64,000 nucleotides of DNA from assembly GCA_002753465.1 (NCBI GenBank), contig PEAF01000002.1, forward strand, positions 10,942-74,941, read 5' to 3'. The notes beneath the pieces were generated by a model, which saw only the letters and a list, made by a program, of their open reading frames with translations, was not told where the DNA came from and ran no database searches. The position numbers were made by a program, and so were the translations under genes. This DNA is from Candidatus Omnitrophota bacterium. GTDB taxonomy: Bacteria > Omnitrophota > Gorgyraeia > Zapsychrales > Fredricksoniimonadaceae. This document shows positions 58,791 to 64,000 of this stretch, in pieces. How positions within the stretch are numbered: position 1 is the first letter of the stretch; each line of letters begins with the position of its first letter.

Positions 58791-58877
58791 CGGAGAGGCA
58801 GGGATTCGAACCCTGGGTATCCTTGCGGATACAACGGTTTTCGAGACCGCCCCGTTCGGCCACTCTGGCACCTCTCC
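58791..58877 (-). tRNA. tRNA-Ser (anticodon CGA)
   Basis: 87-nt cloverleaf GGAGAGGTGCCAGAGTGGCCGAA, anticodon loop CUCGAAA, long variable arm, GGTTCGAATCC. Confidence 0.8.
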
Positions 58878-58982
58878 GTTAAATCAAACACTCTAAATGA
58901 ACAAAAATACAATACCCATCCCCTACAAAATGTAATGGAGATGGGTATTATATTTAGAAAATGAAATATACGAAATGTTTTT

Positions 58983-59477
58983 TCATTTCAAATCTTTATT
59001 CTCGCTATCCCCGTGTTCCTGGTCATTGCGACGATCTTTCCTTGAGCTCTTTTTCTTACCACGCATCTCACGCATCTTCTGGTATTGCTCAGCGGTCAGG
59101 ATATTTCTGACTTTAAAAACATCATCGATATAAAGAAGCGAAAGCTGTTCTTCAAGAGCAACGATATCTTTGACAATAGCCACGGCCTTCGCACGATCAG
59201 GATTTACAGCATTCATTTCTTCTTTTAAGGCAACCTTCTTTGTTTTAACCTCGGCCCTTAACAACTCCGTCTTTGTTCGGCCCTCATCACGTAAAGCCTT
59301 CATTTGTGTACGCTGTTCCTCTGTCAATCCGATTGCCCACGGATCATTCTGTGCATGCGCCTGCTTCTTTCCTTCATGAGGAGCAGCCGCCTGATTTTCC
59401 ACAGCAAAGGACGCTGAACTTATAAACAACATCGTTCCCGCTACAACAATAAAACCCAATAAATACTTAAACCTCAT
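58983..59477 (-). CDS. periplasmic Spy/CpxP-family (LTXXQ motif) stress protein
   Basis: Start MRFKYLLG with GGGAGG SD; signal peptide; LTEEQRTQMKAL and LTAEQYQKMREM LTXXQ repeats. Confidence 0.65.
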   Translation of the reverse strand: MRFKYLLGFIVVAGTMLFISSASFAVENQAAAPHEGKKQAHAQNDPWAIGLTEEQRTQMKALRDEGRTKTELLRAEVKTKKVALKEEMNAVNPDRAKAVAIVKDIVALEEQLSLLYIDDVFKVRNILTAEQYQKMREMRGKKKSSRKDRRNDQEHGDSENKDLK

Positions 59478-59511
59478 ACGACTACCTCCCGTTATTAAAA
59501 ACCTTACCCAG

Positions 59512-59976
59512 TTACAAATAATCGATACTGCCCAGATCAATCCCAGACAAATCTGCTTCAATAAAAAAAGAATCTTCATCCGCATACACAAGCTGCATAA
59601 CGATATCTGCGTCGGAATCAGCTGTCGCCATCCTTCTTTGCGAAAGAATAGGGTTGGCAACAAACAATATAACGATCAATCCCGCCATCACACTGCCATA
59701 AACGAACCTTGACCTTCCTCCCCATCCGAGAAAATCTTGCCAGCAAAAAACAGGCTGCGCAATCTTATTCGCTATCCTGGCCCATACATGAAATGGCGCC
59801 TGCTCGATGACAGGTACAGATTTGATCTGGGCATCCACCTGTTGGGCGGACATTAAAAGTGCGCGACACGCCAAGCAACCTGATAAATGCTCATCAACCG
59901 TCTTTGTGCTTTCTAAGGAAAGGCGGCCATCCAGAAAATCTGTCAGCAGGATATCTTTGATCTGGCCACAATTCAT
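59512..59976 (-). CDS. anti-sigma factor (zf-HC2 zinc-finger, single TM)
   Basis: HLSGCLACRALL motif, central TM helix; overlaps ECF sigma stop. Confidence 0.65.
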   Translation of the reverse strand: MNCGQIKDILLTDFLDGRLSLESTKTVDEHLSGCLACRALLMSAQQVDAQIKSVPVIEQAPFHVWARIANKIAQPVFCWQDFLGWGGRSRFVYGSVMAGLIVILFVANPILSQRRMATADSDADIVMQLVYADEDSFFIEADLSGIDLGSIDYL

Positions 59977-60479
59977 AATAAACCTTTCTTCTGCGCGATC
60001 AGCGTCATGCGTGCACGGCTCAATCTAGAACGCACCGTATTCACATTGATATGCAAAACATCGGCAATCTCCTCATACGTCAACCCTTCCTGAGCCCTTA
60101 AGAGAATGCATACCTTTTGATCCTCATTTAAACACTCCAGAAGGTCCGCAACCTTACTCTGACCTTCTTCAGCGGCTATCTTTTGCTCAGTAACACTTTT
60201 GGTGTCTGCCGGGTCAAAACCCTCCATCCAGGGAACCTCAAACCTGTTTTTGCGTTTCTTGAGCAGATTCAAAGAACAGTTAACAGCGATACGGTATATC
60301 CATGTTTTTAACGACGCTTTCCCTTCAAACGTTTTAAGACTCCTATGAACCGCCAAGAAAACCTGCTGTGTTACCTCTTCAGCATCTTCTACACGGCTTA
60401 GCATACGCAAAGCCAAACGATAAACCATACCCGAGTGGCCGCGATATATATCCTCAAAAGAACAATCCTCACCACCCAT
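59973..60479 (-). CDS. RNA polymerase ECF sigma factor
   Basis: 168 aa; region 2 (FLAVHRSL...WIYRIAVN) and region 4 HTH. Confidence 0.8.
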   Translation of the reverse strand: MGGEDCSFEDIYRGHSGMVYRLALRMLSRVEDAEEVTQQVFLAVHRSLKTFEGKASLKTWIYRIAVNCSLNLLKKRKNRFEVPWMEGFDPADTKSVTEQKIAAEEGQSKVADLLECLNEDQKVCILLRAQEGLTYEEIADVLHINVNTVRSRLSRARMTLIAQKKGLL

Positions 60480-60544
60480 GATACACTCCGTTACAGCCTT
60501 CTTTTATTTAGACAAGGGCCGATACAATAAAGTTCCCAACCTGA

Positions 60545-61756
60545 TTAACTAATTGAATACATCTGAAGGACCCAGCGGATGACCTTGTCACCCCAGAAAA
60601 GACTAACGACTATGCCCATGGCCAGAAATGGGCCGTAAGCGATGGCCGTGTCCTGTTTTCGAAGCATTTTAACAAGGCCGGCAACGGCACCGAAAAAAGG
60701 TGCAACAAAAAAGGCGACACAGGCTAACTGCCATCCAAGGAAAGCACCCGCCATGGCCAAAAGCTTAACATCACCCCAGCCCATAACTCCACCCTCATCA
60801 ACAGCATAAAGCATTTCAAAGATGTCTTTACGTTTAGGCTCAAAAGCATGCCCGAGTTTCAAATTGCCGACCACTTTGACCTCACGGAAAGCGGGCTGAA
60901 GATTCCCCAGCGCATCGATGTAACTATGCGCTTGAAGATCCGCCAATAACGCCAAAGGATCATCCACAATACCTTTAAAATCAAATTCAGTCACTATGCG
61001 CTTGGTAATGATCACTTCACCCAACAACCCTGTCACCCATAAAGAACAAGCACCGACAATGACACCCTGGAAAGCATCAGCTAAAGCCGACAAATAAACA
61101 GCTAAACCCGGGATCATGCGTGCCGCGACAAGCGCTGTCCACTGCAATGCCAGTAACGTTAAACCAACGGCGAATATCTCTTTGTCTTCACGTTCAAAGG
61201 GAAGTTTACGGCGCAGTATCTTGATAAGATGAAGCCCCATACAACTGCCAGCCAAAATAAGTGAAACGGTACTGCCTGTTAACAAAACCTCGGTCGCCGG
61301 CCCTTTATGAAGCCCCGGGATCAACGCACTTACCAATAAACCGACAGCTATACCTCCAACGCTGATCTCATCAGGAATAATACGCCACTCAATATCGACC
61401 CATGAAGCCACGATCAGTCCAGATAATAAAATAAGTGCGGGAATGATCGACCATGAAAGCCCTAGCAGAACATACGTCCACATAAAAATGATCGCTGTGA
61501 AATGTTCGACAAAGAAGTAGCGGAACGGGATGTGCGTGCGGCAGGCGCGACATTTAGCGCGCAGTAAAAGATAACTGATTATAGGGATGTTATCGAACCA
61601 TGCGATGGGCTTTTTGCACTTAGGGCAATGCGACGCCGGAAAAACAATGGACTGGCTCCTGGGAAGACGGACAATACAGACATTAAGAAAACTGCCGATC
61701 AAGGCACCGCATATAAAAAATGAAACACGCAAGAAAATCTCAGCATCGACTAGCAT
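60545..61756 (-). CDS. prepilin peptidase (A24 family) with extended membrane region
   Basis: N-terminal CPKC...CRAC zinc motif, DiS_P_DiS; catalytic Asp-containing TM segments. Confidence 0.6.
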   Translation of the reverse strand: MLVDAEIFLRVSFFICGALIGSFLNVCIVRLPRSQSIVFPASHCPKCKKPIAWFDNIPIISYLLLRAKCRACRTHIPFRYFFVEHFTAIIFMWTYVLLGLSWSIIPALILLSGLIVASWVDIEWRIIPDEISVGGIAVGLLVSALIPGLHKGPATEVLLTGSTVSLILAGSCMGLHLIKILRRKLPFEREDKEIFAVGLTLLALQWTALVAARMIPGLAVYLSALADAFQGVIVGACSLWVTGLLGEVIITKRIVTEFDFKGIVDDPLALLADLQAHSYIDALGNLQPAFREVKVVGNLKLGHAFEPKRKDIFEMLYAVDEGGVMGWGDVKLLAMAGAFLGWQLACVAFFVAPFFGAVAGLVKMLRKQDTAIAYGPFLAMGIVVSLFWGDKVIRWVLQMYSIS

Positions 61757-62625
61757 TATTTCGCAGCACTCGCTTTCTGAAGTTCAGACCACATCTTATC
61801 CTTAATATTCTCCGGCAACTGCATCTCGGCCCAATGTTGAAACGCCAGAACCCCCTGATAAAAAAGCATCTTAAGCCCGTTAACCGTTTTGGCACCTTTG
61901 GCCTTGGCCATGGCTAAAAGCTTTGTTTGCGCAGGATTGTAAACCAGATCATAAACCATCATATTGGCATGCAACAGCTCTTCGCTGACAAGGCACGGAT
62001 CCGTCGGCTTCATGCCAATAGGTGTGGCATTGATCAAAAGATCTGAAAGTTCAATGTCCAGATCATCGATACAATTAACGACTTCCACACGTCCAGTATC
62101 CATACGGGCAGAAAGATCTCTGATTAAGGCTTGAGCACGTTCCGGATCAACATCATAAACTTTGATCGAACGCGGTTTATCTGCCAGTAAACAAAAAACA
62201 CTGATCAAGGCTCTCGACGCTCCTCCTGCACCAAGGATCGCGATCCTTTTATCTTTAGGATCAAACCCCTCTTCAGTAAGATGTGTTAAAAAGCCAGGGC
62301 CATCTGTATTAAAACCGATCAGCTTTCGCTCCGGCGTAATAACAACGGTATTGATCGCACCAACCTTGGCAGCAAAAGGATTCATCCCGTCAAGGAAAGG
62401 TATGACATTTTCTTTATGCGGCACGGTCACATTGAGGCCAAAAATAGGACTTTCTTTATCCTTAAGGCCCTTGAAGAAAGACTCTAGCGCTTCTTCTTTC
62501 ATGGGAAAAAGGTTGTAGACAGCGTCGACGCCTAACGCCTTAAAAGCTGTATTATGCATTACAGGCGAAAGGCTATGCCCCAAAGGGTAGCCAACCAGTC
62601 CATACGTCGTTTGATGGTCAGACAT
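61756..62625 (-). CDS. aroE: shikimate dehydrogenase AroE
   Basis: Start MSDHQTTYGLVGYPLGHSLSP with AGGAG SD; GAGGASRA NADP motif. Confidence 0.8.
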   Translation of the reverse strand: MSDHQTTYGLVGYPLGHSLSPVMHNTAFKALGVDAVYNLFPMKEEALESFFKGLKDKESPIFGLNVTVPHKENVIPFLDGMNPFAAKVGAINTVVITPERKLIGFNTDGPGFLTHLTEEGFDPKDKRIAILGAGGASRALISVFCLLADKPRSIKVYDVDPERAQALIRDLSARMDTGRVEVVNCIDDLDIELSDLLINATPIGMKPTDPCLVSEELLHANMMVYDLVYNPAQTKLLAMAKAKGAKTVNGLKMLFYQGVLAFQHWAEMQLPENIKDKMWSELQKASAAK

Positions 62626-62632
62626 AAATCTC

Positions 62633-64000
62633 CTAAGGCTGAAGGCCAAAATCAATGGCCTTGCCCTTTGTCTTTTTAGAAGCCGCCGCAATGCAGGCCT
62701 TATTAACCGCATTCAAATAAGCTTTAACTGATGCCTCAATAACATCCGTCGATGCGCCGATACCCATGATCTTCTGTCCGTCAAAATTCACACGAACACG
62801 AACCTCACCCATGGCATCCTGGCCTTCCGTGACCGACTGGATGCTGTAGTTGAGCAGTTTACCCCTCATACCAGTGACCGTGTCAATAGCCACATAACAT
62901 GCATCAATAGGTCCGTCACCGGTAGCTTGCTGCTGAAATACCTTACCCGAAGACCTTAATGTCATCCTGACATCAGGCGGTATTTTCGTCCCGCTGGTAA
63001 CGATCAAAGAATCCAACGTCCAGACATCCTTGACCTCCTGGACCTCATCCTCAACAATCGCCACCAGATCCTCGTCAAAGACCTCTTTCTTTTTATCACA
63101 CAGGTCCTTAAACCGCCCGAACGCGCGCAGCAATTCTGCATCACTTAATTCAATACCCAGATGCTTCAACCTGGCCTTGAGCGCCGCACGTCCCGAATGT
63201 TTACCCAAAACAAGCCCGGTACCTGTAAAGCCGACATCTTCAGGACGAATGATCTCATAAGTTGTCGGCTCTTTCAGCACGCCATCCTGATGAATACCTG
63301 ACTCATGGCGAAAAGCATTACCTCCCACGATAGATTTATTCGGAGCAATAACAAACCCCGTGTATTTACTGACCAAACGGGAAACGCGGCAGATCTCGGG
63401 GGTATTAATACCCGTGGAAACGCCAAAATAATCTGAACGTGTCCGGATCGCCATGACGATCTCTTCCATGGCCGCATTACCTGCACGCTCGCCGATCCCG
63501 TTAATAGTGCACTCAACCTGCCGCGCACCACACTTGACCGCTGCCAATGAATTGGCTACCGCCAAACCCAGATCATTGTGACAATGAACAGATATGATCG
63601 CTTTGTCGATATTCGGCACATTGTTACGGATATCTGTAATCAATTTTCCATACTGCTCGGGCATAGCATAGCCTACAGTGTCCGGGATATTGACTGTACG
63701 CGCACCCGCTTTAATAACAGCCTCCAGGACACGGTAAAGGAATGTTTTCTCCGAGCGTGACGCGTCTTCAGGCGAGAACTCAACATCATCGGTCCATTGC
63801 CGCGCCGCCTTGACAGCATCGACCGCCATTTGCACGATCTCATCGGGCGACTTCCTCAGCTTATGCTCCAGATGTATCTTTGACGTCGCCAGAAAAACAT
63901 GGATACGCCCGCGCTTGGCAGACTTCAATGCCTCACCAGCCGCATCAATATCCTTCTTGATCGACCTTGCCAACCCAGCTACCGTTGAGTGTTTGACCTT
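62633..64000 (-). CDS. 2-isopropylmalate/citramalate synthase family (LeuA/CimA), 5' end beyond window
   Basis: HMGL-like TIM barrel motifs ([17 protein letters not shown]) plus C-terminal LeuA dimer domain; N-terminus truncated by window edge. Confidence 0.75.
   Translation of the reverse strand, partial: KVKHSTVAGLARSIKKDIDAAGEALKSAKRGRIHVFLATSKIHLEHKLRKSPDEIVQMAVDAVKAARQWTDDVEFSPEDASRSEKTFLYRVLEAVIKAGARTVNIPDTVGYAMPEQYGKLITDIRNNVPNIDKAIISVHCHNDLGLAVANSLAAVKCGARQVECTINGIGERAGNAAMEEIVMAIRTRSDYFGVSTGINTPEICRVSRLVSKYTGFVIAPNKSIVGGNAFRHESGIHQDGVLKEPTTYEIIRPEDVGFTGTGLVLGKHSGRAALKARLKHLGIELSDAELLRAFGRFKDLCDKKKEVFDEDLVAIVEDEVQEVKDVWTLDSLIVTSGTKIPPDVRMTLRSSGKVFQQQATGDGPIDACYVAIDTVTGMRGKLLNYSIQSVTEGQDAMGEVRVRVNFDGQKIMGIGASTDVIEASVKAYLNAVNKACIAAASKKTKGKAIDFGLQP

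Noticed and set aside
1-64000. CRISPR array search
   Set aside because: No regularly spaced 25-45 nt direct repeats anywhere; the only repeats are the two ~75-nt copies around FkbM and the tRNA end fragments.

Overview
This 64 kb window is a gene-dense bacterial chromosomal segment of moderate GC, transcribed almost entirely on the minus strand. The core genes suggest an anaerobic, fermentative lifestyle: pyruvate:ferredoxin oxidoreductase sits next to an ADP-forming acetyl-CoA synthetase. Other core content includes a complete SufBCDSU Fe-S assembly operon with an Rrf2 regulator and NfuA, metXW, nadA and nadC, miaB, dusB, aroE, a leuA-family gene, purU, an M16 peptidase, and a T4P/T2SS-type ATPase with a prepilin peptidase. 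It also holds an ECF sigma/anti-sigma/Spy module and four tRNA genes (Ser-GCU, Arg-ACG, Ser-GGA, Ser-CGA). The most interesting part is an integrative element of about 12.4 kb at roughly 12442-24870. It starts with a large serine recombinase whose 3' end overlaps the miaB start, and carries a replication-initiator-like gene and an excisionase-like HTH gene. It also has a Cas4-like PD-(D/E)XK nuclease, DUF2958, a SpoVG-like gene, and an AT-rich cargo block at 19014-24870. That block holds a Panacea-domain (DUF4065) toxin-antitoxin-like pair, a zinc-ribbon protein, a tightly coupled three-gene operon of unknown function (lipoprotein plus two cytoplasmic proteins), an acidic protein, and an FkbM-family methyltransferase flanked by about 75-nt direct repeats. 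No capsid, terminase or portal genes are present, so it looks like a satellite or integrative island with a candidate defense cargo rather than a prophage. Other points: a missed 52-aa DUF5989-like small ORF completes a carbamoyltransferase/SxtJ/DUF5989 triad, two tRNA-Ser genes have partial end-duplications nearby, tadA lies between its substrate tRNA-Arg(ACG) and tRNA-Ser, and several rho-independent terminators are visible. I found no CRISPR array. My coordinates for non-ORF features are approximate (about ±3 nt).
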